64,000 nt of DNA from Tubiluchus corallicola. Its lineage: Eukaryota; Animalia; Priapulida. Made by a program: the position numbers and the translations under genes. Under the pieces are notes generated by a model. The model saw only the letters and a list, made by a program, of their open reading frames with translations, was not told the DNA's origin and made no database searches. The stretch is taken from NCBI GenBank assembly GCA_030141605.1, contig JAQGDQ010000130.1, positions 139,742 through 203,741 on the forward strand. The letters are read 5' to 3'. This document shows, piece by piece, positions 1 through 12,734 of this stretch. How positions within the stretch are numbered: the first letter of the stretch is position 1; the number at the start of each line of letters is the position of its first letter.

Positions 1-1319
1 TGGAAAATGGATGATGCGAAGGTAGCTTAATGATGATCCTAAGTTTGCAGTTTAAGCTGATATTTTTGTTACTGAAAACATTTCTAAGTTTTGAGGATGC
101 CGCTATTGCCAATATTTTCATTTTTTTGATGTCTTCAGTGCTTAATAATAGACTACATGACCGAAGCGCTTGGCAACAGACGATTAATAGTGTTATTTCC
201 TCCGACAAATGAACGCAAAACATCATGATTATAATATTAACTTGAAGTGATCTGAAGTTAAGTACCCACAACAACCAACAAAATAGTTTTTAACATTTTT
301 TAACATGTCTGAATGTGAGATTATTTTATCATTTCTTTTGTCAGTCTAACGATGATTGCTAATGTGCAGTGAAAATATTATTTTTAATGACAAAAATTTG
401 GTTGGTTATTGTTGGATATTTAACAAACCGTGCACGTTGGCTGTGCTTTGCAAAACTATGTCATAATATTTTTTGAGAAATGGTGGCAAATTCTAAACAT
501 ACGAGTAAGCCTATTCTTAAGTCAAAATGCAATCTTAAAACATCCTTGTATAACAGATATTATTAATAGGGTTTGTAAGGACGGCTCACTGTTTACATTT
601 TTATTTTTTCTAATTCTTTGTGTAGTTATTCTGTTTTTAAATCTCTATAACCCCTCCTACCGCTGACATAAAAATGAAGAGCCTTTCAATATTTTACAAT
701 TCTATACAAACATCGCATTGTTTTTCGTAAATCATAAAATTGTTTAATAAAGAAAATGCTGTCTGTAATCTATCCTATCTGTAACTGCTGATTTAATTGT
801 CAACAAAACAAGCAGTTTATTAACTTATACGCAGGTAGCCAAAGTTATCCAAATGAAAATGTGTAAACGAATTTAACATAAATTGTGATGACATAAATAC
901 GAGCAACAATTTTATAACCTAAACGGCCAAAATCATAAAACTAAAAATAACAACTAGTTCTAAGTTGAGGCAGAACGCTAAATTATTAAAAACATACTCA
1001 TACATACACATATTATTACCTCAGCAGTTCTACCTAGTCGCTAAAATCGATGAAAAAACTAGTTGATCAACACGGAAACTGGAAATGTTCAGCTCTCTAC
1101 GAAAGTCACGAGGCTTTTAGGAGCTTATGAAGCATTTAGAATTTTTATAAGTAATGGAAACGTGACGTAATTAGAATTATGACGAATATGACGAGCGCGG
1201 TGACGACAGTTTATGGCAACAAACCAAACATTCCTTGGTTGTTATCTTACGCAAACAGCCGCGCGATGACGCCACTGTATTGTTGATAAGCAGCCTCAGT
1301 TAATAGGTTTATAATGGCT

Positions 1320-1750
1320 TGGTTTATAAATGACGCGTTTCAATGGGGAAATTACTTAAACATTTTGGGTATCAGGTGGCCAAAGAAAATTTCAAATAAA
1401 GATCTGTGTGAAAGAATAAAGGAGAGACGTTGGACAAGAAAAATAAAAAGGTGCCATTTAAGATGGATTGGGCATATGCTTAGACTACCTGAAGATAGTC
1501 CAGTTAAATAAAAAGTTGCCATTTAAGATGGATTGGGCATATGCTTAGACAACCTGAAGATAGTCCAGTTATGACAGCTCTTCAACAAGCAATTAGAACC
1601 AACGGGAGTACAAATGATAACATAATTAGATTTTGCACAGAAAAAACAGAACACTTCAGCACTGATCCTTAGAGATAGAAACATTCTAACGTAAAGAGGT
1701 CCTTGAATCATGTTATGGATTCATGGCTCAAAAGATTATGATGACGTTGA
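1320..1750 (+). mobile_element. 5'-truncated RTE-type LINE 3' fragment with an internal duplication of about 55 bp
   Basis: Translates ILGIRWPKKISNKDL...LRWIGHMLRLPEDSPVK (RTE RT C-terminal region). Homologous to 6807-7400. Segment about 1455-1510 is repeated at about 1518-1570. Confidence 0.8.
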
Positions 1751-2739
1751 TAGTTTGGGTACAAGAGCTTTTACGCGCGCGCGATCGTAAGCGACGCGAC
1801 CCTACAAGAGCTCACATTCTTCTTGTTGCTCTTCTTCTTAACCATACAGTACTTTTTGGAAAATCTAATTAAGTTAAGTCATAATTTTGGTATTAGTCTT
1901 AATATGCTGGCGTATGTAAGTTTTCAGACATGTTCAGCCAATTAATCCCTGTTGGTTCATCACTATTAATTTTAATTTTTTTATACAAACTATTCCAAAC
2001 AAGGCCGTGGGCTAAGGTAAAAAGATAGAAATATATTTAAAAGAGATTTAATGTAACTGATTTGTTACTACTAGAAGGTGCATGTTAACATTTTTCTTCT
2101 TCAAGCGAGTGAGGTAATAGTCATCGGGGAAGCAGTTTTTAGTAACGAATTTAACAGAAAAAGCTAGATTTATAAGTGGCAAAAATTCATAGGAAAAAAT
2201 ATGAGAACCAGCGACGACGCTGCTTTGTCCGCATTTTGGAACCAGTGACATGGCGGCCCAGGAACGTCTTCCATTAAAGTTTTTCATTAAAACTTTTTGG
2301 ATAAAATATATAAGCTAGGCTTCCCCAGACCTGTTACAGATTTGCTTAAGCACCGGTATTCTAGTCATTTTCTGTGCAAAAACGGGTAATATTTCATCTG
2401 ATCCTATCACATGACAAGTGCCCAACAAGCTGGGCTTCCATCTGTTTGCTATTTATGTCGAAGATCTGAGAAATTATGTCGTATTACTGTGGAGCTTGTA
2501 GATAGGGAATGTGATTATATATTATCCAGATAACTATTTTCTTGCCGCTCCAAGTAGTGGTGTTGCAAAAATTAAAAAAAACATATGAAAACTATACAGA
2601 AACATACAGAAGCGCATGACATCGTTTTTAACGGCAGTAACCAACTATGTTTACAGGGTGGCACATAGCCTTTACTAAGGGGTACAACAAAAACCAGCAA
2701 TAGTACAGAACAATGCATCTGTATCATGCCTCCATAATT

Positions 2740-3230
2740 TGGTGTGGGTGCCCCACACGCCTCGCACAGCTTACAATCTTGTAGGTTGTGATTGGAGCAG
2801 TGGGTGGAAGAATTCAAAGTCCCCCAATACATCTCACAAGTTCTTCTAACGAATATTCATCAATGACATGTTCTTTTATCAGTTTAGCGCCTCCTCTGCC
2901 TTTCAGGACAGTTCCAAACTCTTGTCAGGTATTAAATCTAGTGAATTTCCAAACAATTCGATTCAATTGAAAAAATTATTCCCAGAGTTTTCATGTCACT
3001 GTTGCAATCATACCTTTCAAAACTGTAGATTATGCGACACGTATGAGGTCTCCACACCAAATTTTGAAGTCACGATAGATTCTCAAATGTCTAACCAGAA
3101 ATTGTTCTGTACGATTAGTTGTTGCCTTGTACCCTTTTAGCAAAAGATTATGTACCATCCTGTGTATGTACCATACTTTGTTCCAACCAGTATACATGCG
3201 TCATAATGTAGATAGCATAGTGGGCCTATA
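2740..3230 (-). mobile_element. Degraded Tc1/mariner transposase C-terminal relic
   Basis: Frameshifted minus-strand translation resembles WPGNSPDLNP...FGTVLKGR...RLxAVRG..G.HT. Homologous to 10290-10780. Confidence 0.55.
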
Positions 3231-3249
3231 TATTTCTTGTAGCTAATTG

Positions 3250-3650
3250 AGTGCAGTAACAGCAAAAAATATTTAGAACATAATTATTATCGTGTGACAC
3301 ACTGATGATGAAGATATTGCTAATCAGTTACGTTTGTTTTATGCGGCAGCAAATATGCTATGCACAAAATTTTATTATTGGCAGGTAAGCTTAAGTCACA
3401 TTTGTTAGACCTTATTGTTTCAGTTTTTATTACAGTAATCTCTAGCTATTATACAAACGGCGAGGATTCATGTATCAGTTTTAAAGACTTTTTATTTAAC
3501 TAAAATATATTTAAACTAAACTAAGCGTGGTAGTCCAGCAAAACTTTGCGCGCACTACGTATTGCTCTCTGAAAGTTTTATAACTGAGAATAAGATTCAC
3601 ATTCACGCACGCGTCTGTGATTTGTGCAAACAATCATTACCATGTAAATG
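3250..3650 (+). mobile_element. Degraded CR1/L2-like LINE RT fragment
   Basis: YLEH...DDEDIANQLRLFYAAANMLCTKFY-like translation, resembling the post-RT region of CR1/L2 LINEs. Confidence 0.5.
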
Positions 3651-4439
3651 TGTTTTCGGCTAGCCAAATAATTCGGATTTTGAATAACAGTGATAAGATT
3701 TTATCTTGTATAACTGGTACAGATATCCGATGTAAATCATTGTGCTTCCAATGCTGGAACTTATTACTGACCTCTTTATTTATTGTTTTGAACTAACCTG
3801 TGCTCATTGTGTACAGTTTTATCTTTTGTATATAGTTTTATATTCTGCATCTTCGATTTGTTTTATATAGTACTACGTGTTTTGATTTAAATGTAAAATA
3901 AATTAACAAAGTAGCGATAAAAGAGGCTTAATGCAGCAAGTGACCCTCAATGAGCAAAGATGTGCATGGTTAAGTTTAAAACTTCTATGTCCAAGCAAGA
4001 TATTCATAGTTCTTTCATGTAAACGTTAAGCATTGTCAGCTAACAAACCATTTTTTATTTCATTTGAAGTTGGTTATTGCTTTGTTTATTAAAGTAGAGC
4101 CAGGTCGCCCAGGCTGGTCGGTGAATGGATGGATTAACAGCTTAATTGTTGCTTTGGGCTGTTTCGTTCGCCGTGCTGCTTATGGCTGTTTACTTCGTAG
4201 AGGAAGAATGTAAACACATCCGGACGTGACTGACATATGTACCTCCGGTGGTTCAGTATCTCCTCTTACAAGTATTTCTTTGATAACGAGCTAGGTTCCT
4301 GTCTTGCCACCATCACCTAATTTGAGTAGGACCTGCCGGTGAATGCTACATTCCAGCTTGTAGATTCCGAGTTGAATAAAAAATTATTGATAAGGAAACG
4401 CTGACTCGCGGTGTTTGTAGTTCAATAGAAGCCTCTTTT

Positions 4440-4615
4440 AAATCATGCATCTTTTCCACAACATCGGCGAAGGCCATAGACCAACACACCATTAGATATC
4501 AAAAATACAGAGACATGGGAGGTTGTGGGTGACAGGGCAGCGTGGTCTGAAGTGATAGCAAGGGTCATGTCAATGGACGTGTAACTCCAGAAATGATGAT
4601 TATGATGATGATGAT
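4440..4615 (+). mobile_element. RTE-like LINE extreme 3' end with (TGA)n tail
   Basis: DRAAWSEVIARVMSMDV* followed by a tgatgattatgatgatgatga tail. Confidence 0.5.
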
Positions 4616-5342
4616 AATATACCAACATCAAATGATATTGTACTATTATACAAATCACCTAATTATTTTATTTCATCCATTCATATATCATTTGGTGATT
4701 TCATAAAATGTCTCATCATTTCAAGTATGTTATCAGTTGTATATGAGAGCCAGTTTTCTTCGAATTTAATTCACGTTTGTGATTATTATAATAAGATACC
4801 AATCAATGGCACGTTTTCATGCCATCCTGTCTTGTTTCGTTCAGCCAAGATAGTCTCATGCCAACCCATCTTATTTCCAGTGATTCCTTAACGCTGATAC
4901 TGACAGACATTTAGTAAAAATGTCCGCCAATTTAATATTTAAAAAATGCGACCCGCGCCCACGTGGGCATAGAAAAACACAAGAAATTCTTGGTGCCTTT
5001 CATGTCTTCTTTTGACGGCAAGACAAGGACGAAAAATACTCCATCTTGATATTATGCTTAAACTTGTCTCTACGAGGCTGATGCATGGATACTTTATTTA
5101 ATGCAAATCTATTGTTGAAATACTTGATGATAAATCATGAACGCAAATTTGTTTTTTATGATAAATATCTTCATGAAATTCAATATAAGCATAATAATTC
5201 ATTTATTACAGTATTAATAATTGCTAGTACTGAAAGAAATATATAGTTTAACTTTATCTATATTAATAACACAATCTTTGTCAAAAAGCAATAAAATAAT
5301 TACAAGAAAGTACAATGTATAAAACCAGGATAAAACGTATAC

Positions 5343-5737
5343 GCAGTAGGGACATAAATTTTACAGATAAAATGGCTACTTAAAAGGTTGCGGATAAAAG
5401 CACAAAGAAACATGACTACTTACATGTGCCTGTTAAAAGATACATGATTATGTATTAAGAATTACATCGTTTAAACATTTTTAACACGTTTGTTACTCTG
5501 AGCAAATATACATACATGTATATTTTCTGTTTACGTCCCTGTTTGCAGCAGGGACATAAATTTTACAGATAAAATGGCTACTTAAAAGGTTGCGGATAAA
5601 AGCACAAAGAAACATGACTACTTACATGTGCCTGTTAAAAGATACATGATTATGTATTAAGAATTACATCGTTTAAACATTTTTAACAAGTTTGTTACTC
5701 TGAGCAAATATACATACATGTATATTTTCTGTTTACG
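5343..5737. repeat. Near-perfect tandem duplication, period 202 bp
   Basis: 5348-5535 is repeated at 5550-5737; I saw one substitution. The junction contains an inverted copy of the unit start. Confidence 0.95.
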
Positions 5738-6052
5738 AATCATTACCTGTCCGTAGACTGCATTCATTTCCTGTTAAAACTTATTTTAAATACCGTAGTT
5801 TAATATCAGTTTTCAGTTAAAATATTTACATTCGAATCTACAACCATAAAAAAACTATAATAATGAACAACTAGCGGACTAGGCTTCATTAATACACAGT
5901 TAAAAAGTCAGCTTTTGAAAACAAGTGCACAAAGAAAATTTCAAATTTTAAGTTGTGACGAACAAGTAGTGTTTCAAGCTTAGAGATTATCATAGGTTTA
6001 GAATTGTTTATAGGATAATCTAATGTACAGATATCGCTACAAAATATTACAA

Positions 6053-6053
<1 letters not shown>

Positions 6054-6140
<87 letters not shown>

Positions 6141-6145
6141 TATTA
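6054..6145. repeat. (TAT)n microsatellite
   Basis: Direct reading; it explains the poly-Y ORF at 6023. Confidence 0.98.
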
Positions 6146-6800
6146 ATTATTTTTAAAATAGAAAATTGTTTACAAATTTGTCTCTATTATTCAAGGATAG
6201 TTACATTATTAAATATAAAAACAATAGGATATGTCGACTTTACAATAACAACTACTAGTTACACAGCAAACAGTTACACAACTTACATAAATTTCAAGGT
6301 AATTGCATGAATCAATGCCGCTTACACCTTGATTCAAATTCATTTAACATACAACTACATGTTTCGACATACAACTTATAATACGCGTAAGGGTACACGT
6401 ATATTTATGAACTGCTAATAAAAATAACCAGACACCTTTATCTGTCAGCTACTATAAGTAATTTAACTCATCTAGCAGAGTTTACAATTGCAAATAAATT
6501 TTTAGGTATACCAGTCTTACCTGAAAGATGCGTCGACTATGCTGAAAGATGTCTACAACCCCGAAAAGCGAGTTTGTAATTAAAAATAAACACTCGTAAG
6601 AGAAAAAGATGCGATGCACGTTTGGTCGCTTTGATATTTGCACGTGTTTTGCCGTTTAAGTGTTTGGAACGTTTGTTGCCATGTGACGCAAATTTGCGCA
6701 TGTAACTATGATGCGTGTGACGGCACTTGACGACAACACTGATGACGACAGGCTCTGATAACGAGCATAACATAGTTTCGTTCGATTTATACTACAGAGT

Positions 6801-7406
6801 AACAGACTTCTTCTTCTTCTTCTTCAATGAATCACACGTCCAGGGACATGATTCTGCTCACCTCTCTATGCCAGGACTCCCTACACGTTGCAATGCCCCA
6901 AGTGGATTTATTTCTAAGGATCAATTCTGAAGTGTTTAAATCTTTCTGTGCAAAATCGAAATATGTTAACATTTGTCCTCCTGCAGGTTTTTAGCTGGTT
7001 CTATGGCTTGTTGAAGAGCTATCTTCACTGGAACATCATCAGGTAGTCTAAGCATATGCCCAATCCATCTTAAACAGCGTCTTTTTATTTTTCTTGTCCA
7101 AGGTTCTTCTTTTATTTTTTCATATAGATCTTTGTTTGAAATTTTCTTTGGCCATCTAATACACAAAATGTTTCTGTAATTTCGCCTTTGAAACGCATCG
7201 ATTTCAGCTTTATGATTTGCTTTTAATGTTCAGAGCTCAGAGTTACACAGAAATACAGTTTCAACTAAGGCTGAGAATATTCTAATTTTTGTTTCCAAAG
7301 AAATCTTCCTTTTTTCAAAAACTTTTGTGAGTTTTGAGTAAACTGATAATGCCATTATCTTCCGTCTTAATATGTCGTCCTCTGTTGTCAGCAGACTACA
7401 CACTAC
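6801..7406 (-). mobile_element. 5'-truncated RTE-type LINE insertion with (GAA)n tail and 12-bp TSD
   Basis: Minus strand: KISLETKIRIFSALVETVFLCNSE...IDAFQRRNYRNILCIRWPKKISNKDLYEKIKEEPWTRKIKRRCLRWIGHMLRL. (CTT)n at 6807-6825. ATACTACAGAGT at both 6789-6800 and 7407-7418. Confidence 0.88.
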
Positions 7407-7676
7407 ATACTACAGAGTTATATTACTATGGCAATCTGAGTAACACAGAAATAGACACGCGGGCTCAACACGCGATTTCAAAAGAAGCGCAGTAATTAAT
7501 TTGGGCGAATTGTTGTGCTAAGCACGCCTTATCGATTATTATATATATATATAATTAAAAATATAGAAAAAAATTATTAAAATTTAATGACAATAACATT
7601 TACTGGCTGAAATTTATAGTCAAGTTGTAACTAAGTTTCCCAATGCAAGACTGTGAATAGCAAAATAGCTCCAAAT

Positions 7677-8163
7677 AATATTTCTGTTAAGTGAGATGCC
7701 AGGTAAAAGTTGAAGCAATCGTTAGCAGGCAATACTGGCCTCAGTGATACATTTGGTTTACGCGTTTTTGTCAGGTACCTGTAGCCAATTTTAATACCAT
7801 ACATTTTTTAAAGTTCGGAATAGTTTTAATGAGCGATTCAATTTTGTTTCTCAAAAATATTCTTATATTATTGCCATCCTGGCAATCTGGGGGCGGATTC
7901 ACAAAGCTTCTATACGAACTATTATTTGAAAGATCGTTCGTTAGAACATTGTTAGGCTTACTATAGAATCCACAGAAGTTTCGTAACTTAAAAAGGTTAT
8001 AAAAAGATCCAAGGCGGGTAGCAAGTTTATGAAAACAAAAAAAAATCCTACGGAGTTTCTTACGAATGTGTTTAGTGAATCCGGCCCCAGGGATGTATTT
8101 AACAAATCTGGGTTTTTAACACCCAGCCCGCTTTTACCTGGCATCATATTTAGCAGAAATATT
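7677..8163. mobile_element. Inverted-repeat element hosting a nested PIF/Harbinger-like MITE (7890-8087)
   Basis: Outer IR of about 33 bp: 7677-7709 versus 8131-8163. Inner TIR GGGGCGGATTCAC / GTGAATCCGGCCC flanked by CTG / CAG. Confidence 0.75.
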
Positions 8164-10289
8164 GGAAATCTTGAAAAACACCTGCTCGGAGATGTGCTAA
8201 AGAACAGTTGTCAATTGGCTTGCGAGAGTCTGAAGTTGCCGCACGTGTGCCGCTCAGACGCGCGTGCTAACCTTCGGCGCGTCTGCTGTTGATCGAGTAT
8301 TACGTTAAGCAGCTGTGAAAGATTAATAATTATTCGATATATAATGATCAATATTATTTTAATGATTTAATAATTTTTAATGCATGTCAAGATTGTATAA
8401 TAAAATGTATAAATATTAACTGTCAATCTGCTACATAGCCAGTGTGACCAATCGCTTTGTGTACTGCCGAAGCAATTTCATAAAAAACTTCCTTCATAAA
8501 AAAGGTCAACTTAAAAACCAGATTGCGAAAGTGACGCACATAATGTGATAAAGAGTCTACACATAAATGAACTATAATACAAGTCCCATGTACGTTCAGA
8601 TGTAGTGTAATGTCCATACGAACGTACACAGTAATGTACGTAATATTAACGAATAAAAAACGTATATAGCTTTTAGATAGTAATTAACAAATCTTCCCAA
8701 AAGTCGGAATAAAACATCAGATATACATGTAGAAAAATGTGACTCACTCAGCACCAAAAATGTGAACCCAACTATTATTATAAGTTACAATAATCTGTGT
8801 TATCTTGTATTTGAATAAGTTTGCTATCGAATAAAAACTTAACTCTAATTAATCAAAGTAGCAAATGACCGAATTCCGTATGCATACTATATTTTGCGAA
8901 ATGAAGTTTAGTTACCTGAATTCTGAGAACACTTAACATTACTAGCAGGAATGAAATACAAACTCTACTAGGTATTGTAAATAATTTCAATAATTTATTA
9001 CAGGACTACGCATGTTAAAACTGACATTCATATTTATATAAACACGGAAAATAACAAGAAACGCGTCATAATACATTTACAGTAAAAGGCAAGTTGGATT
9101 GCAAAAAGAAACAATTGTACACATGCATTAGACCACTACAGTTAACAGGTCCCTCTACAAAACAGAAAAATATACAAAAGTATTAACTAATGTCACAAAA
9201 CAAGGCCAACAGAGACAAAAGCACAAAATATACAAAAATATTAATGCTACAAAACGCAACGGAGATAAACGTAGAAAATGTTGAAAAGTACTAGTTGATG
9301 CTACAAATGATCAGTCATTTTCTTTATTGTGTAGGATTTTTTATTAAAACCACCAATTCTTCTCACTAAGAATAATTTCCTAGATCCTTACAAGCACTGT
9401 AATCAAGCGGTTATTACTTGTCACATTTTAATTTTAGTTAATATGAAAAGATGTCAAAATATCACCAATTTGTGGGATTCTTTTTTCAGCAAGATGCTAA
9501 CATCAAGTAGGGACCTGTCATTACAGGTCGACATTATTAACAAACTATTGTACTGGAAATGAATTTGGTTATGTCAGAACTCAGAACATTGCAAAACAGT
9601 TTGTAAGGGCATATTAAAAAGGGAAAACCAGTTTGATAAGAACAGGATAGACTTAAATTTGACTATTGGTGTTGTTACTAAGAGGATTTACAAGCAAATT
9701 AGTGGAAAGTGCTCTGTTTGAAAAGTTTCAAATTGCAAGTATAGAGGGTGCTGTCACCTAAGAAGTAACACAACAGTTTCATGTTAAAGCAGTTAAGTAT
9801 ACATGGCAAATGATACTTTGACAATTAATTGATAATTATAAAATGCACTGACAAATGATTTTTAAAAGTCTTCAATTCAAACGGTTTGGTACAAGTAAGT
9901 CACACAACTTGACAAATGCTGAGGGACAGTGCCTTGGAGTATGAAAAAAATTGACATCGTTACAAAGAAATAACTTGACTTTTTACAAGTACTGATTTGT
10001 ACAAATGTCTCACAAACAAATAATCATGTAGTACAGTAACCCAGTTCAAATTACAACTCAAAAATAACTGCAATCAATTTTCAAGCAACATACACATAAT
10101 GGTACATAACCCCTGGGGACAGGGTGTGTGGCACAAACTATGAGTAATAGCACAGAACAATTCATTACAGTCAAAAGTCTTGATACCACCTACTTTGGGA
10201 CTGCAAAAACGTTGGCATTATAGCGAGTTTGGTATTATAACGAGGTGCATTAATATATAAATGTAGCAAGTCTATCATGACCTCTCTAA

Positions 10290-10780
10290 ATTGGATATAC
10301 AGGCACATATGCCTCGCACAGCTTGCAATCTTAAGAATATGACTGGAACAATGACTCAAGATCCTCCAAATCATATCGCAGATGTCTCACAAGCTTGTCT
10401 GCTGAATATTAATCAAGAGCATATTTTCCTTATTTTAGTGTTCATTCTGTCTTTCATGATAGCTCCCAGTGTGTTTTGCAGCATTGAGGCTAGGTGAATT
10501 TTCCTGGCTACTCGGTTCAATCGAAAAAATCAATTCCAGTTTACAAGTCATTTGCTCCCATTATATCTCTCAAAACTGCAATCTGTGTGAGATGCACGGG
10601 GATTCCACACAAAACTTTGACAGCATCATAGATTCTCTATTGTTTCAGCAATACTTTGATGTAATAAATTTTTCTATACTATAATTCATTGTTTTTGTAC
10701 CCACTGGTAAAAGGCTACGTACCACCCTTATGCATGAACAGAAAGCAACTAAAAGAATTTTAACTATTTCTTTTTCCAGT
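10290..10780 (-). mobile_element. Degraded Tc1/mariner transposase C-terminal relic
   Basis: Frameshifted GIDFF..E.PGNSPSLNAA..GAIMKDR...RLQAVRG. Homologous to 2740-3230. Confidence 0.6.
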
Positions 10781-12734
10781 GTTGTAACTCAATAGCACAA
10801 TTTACACAAAACTAACATTTATTCTGTCTGAAACTCTGAACGTTCACGATTATTTGTTATGCACAGACGAGCATAAGTATTAACACTGCAAATGCTGAAA
10901 AACAAGAAGTGATAATTACGTTTCTCAAGAAGCATACAAGTTGGACGCATACACCCGATTTTGTTTATTTGTTTCTCACTGTTGTATCTCAAAAAGATGT
11001 GGATAAATAAATTTACATAAGATTTTGTGGAAGGGTAGACTGTAACGCAACCAAAAACTGGGCAGATTTCGGCAATAGAGTAAAAATGGCAAATATTACA
11101 GATACTTTGTTATTGAATGATTATTGCTATTATCAGAGGAAACCAAGAATTTGGAAGTTTTGAGCCTTTGCAGTTTGTATATATAATATGCCTTCTTAAT
11201 TACTCATAGACTACTGTAGTTCTATGAACTATAACTTACAACAGAGAATTGTTTTGTTTTAAAATAATGGGCAACTGTAAACCAATTTCTTTAAGAAAAT
11301 ATTTAGACGATACTGTGCTGCTGTGCACTTATCGAATAAGCATATCAAGTGTGGCAAATCGAACACTATGTTCTAAAAAAATACATTCAGAGCCCCACAA
11401 AAAAATTTCGGCTAAACTGATCTCAGAAATTAACACTGATAGTATCAAAGGGATTCTGCGAGACAAAATATGAATTATTTGGGATATTAGTATAAAATGC
11501 CGAAGTTATACACCAAAACATTAGTTACGGCAGTTAGCAGACTTGTAGATGGTGCCTGAATTATTTACAATTACTAGGCAGCAGAGTAGGTTGCATGTTA
11601 CATTCAGCAAAACTGGTAAACCTCTACAGTGTGTACATATGAATGTCACACAGGTTTGAATGGCAAAGATTGCACAAATACATTAATTTCATTACCACCC
11701 AGCCTAGTATTCATTTTATCTAATCTGCATCTTTATCTATAATACTAAATTATTCATGAAATGAATAATATTCACTAGGGAATGTAAAATTTCATAGTGC
11801 TTGTTAAAAACCATGCAGAAATTATTCTTAGTCTTTGAATTTTTTCTTTAATGAGGTACAGATGCACGACTGAAGTAATTAAGTTTCCTGGCTATTGCTT
11901 AGCAACACAATTTTTTCAACTATAATTTTGCAAACAACCTGAGACAAAACCATTCTCCGATACTTAGCGAACAAAAATTAATAACAACGAAATAAGCACA
12001 CGAATTAAAAAAACATCAAAAAACAATGCAATAACTGTGTGGTATTATCAGCACCAATATATTTGTAATTACAGTTTATAATTCTCTTTAAAGTTGAAAG
12101 GAGAGAATTTTCTTGCGACGACACGTGAAAAGAACAGGACTTCTGTATTAGTTATTAGCTGAAAAACCGGTAATGATCAGTTACATATATACACTGACTA
12201 GTCGCTTTGTCGATAGGATGATAATCTCTTGAAAAATGACTAACACAAAATATAACTTTTAGTAAATAGTGAGCGTTCATTATAATTGCTATTTACAAGA
12301 AAAGTTGACTTTGTTTCGCTGCAGATGGCGTTATCATCTTATGAACAGCATGGCAATAAACACGGTCCATGTTACCATGTAATGTGTAAACGTTCACATA
12401 GAACATAACCACCGTTGTTTCACTTGCCTCTGCGAAGCAAACCAATGAATTTATAATCTATACTTCAGAAAAATGTAGTTCACATGAAATGAAAATTTTA
12501 CACCTAGTAACCTGCTCACTTCACAACCAGCCTGTCACAAACAGGATCAAAATGCGATCTGCTCTACATTTCCACAAGTCTAAACCCTCATTATTCTGCA
12601 CAAAATTATAGTAACGAAGACAGATTAACATACACACAAGTTTAATTGTCAGTTGTTGTAGTTATTCTGAACATTTGCACAACAAAAGTTCACAGCAAGT
12701 CGGGGGGAGGGAGGCATTGTTTATGTGCGGAATG

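Noticed and set aside
2868-3140. Paralogous Cys-rich plus-strand ORFs at 2868 and 10469 as a novel small gene family
   Set aside because: The similarity is explained by both loci being antisense to degraded Tc1/mariner transposase sequence.
6023-6310. Poly-tyrosine ORF
   Set aside because: Translation of a (TAT)n microsatellite.
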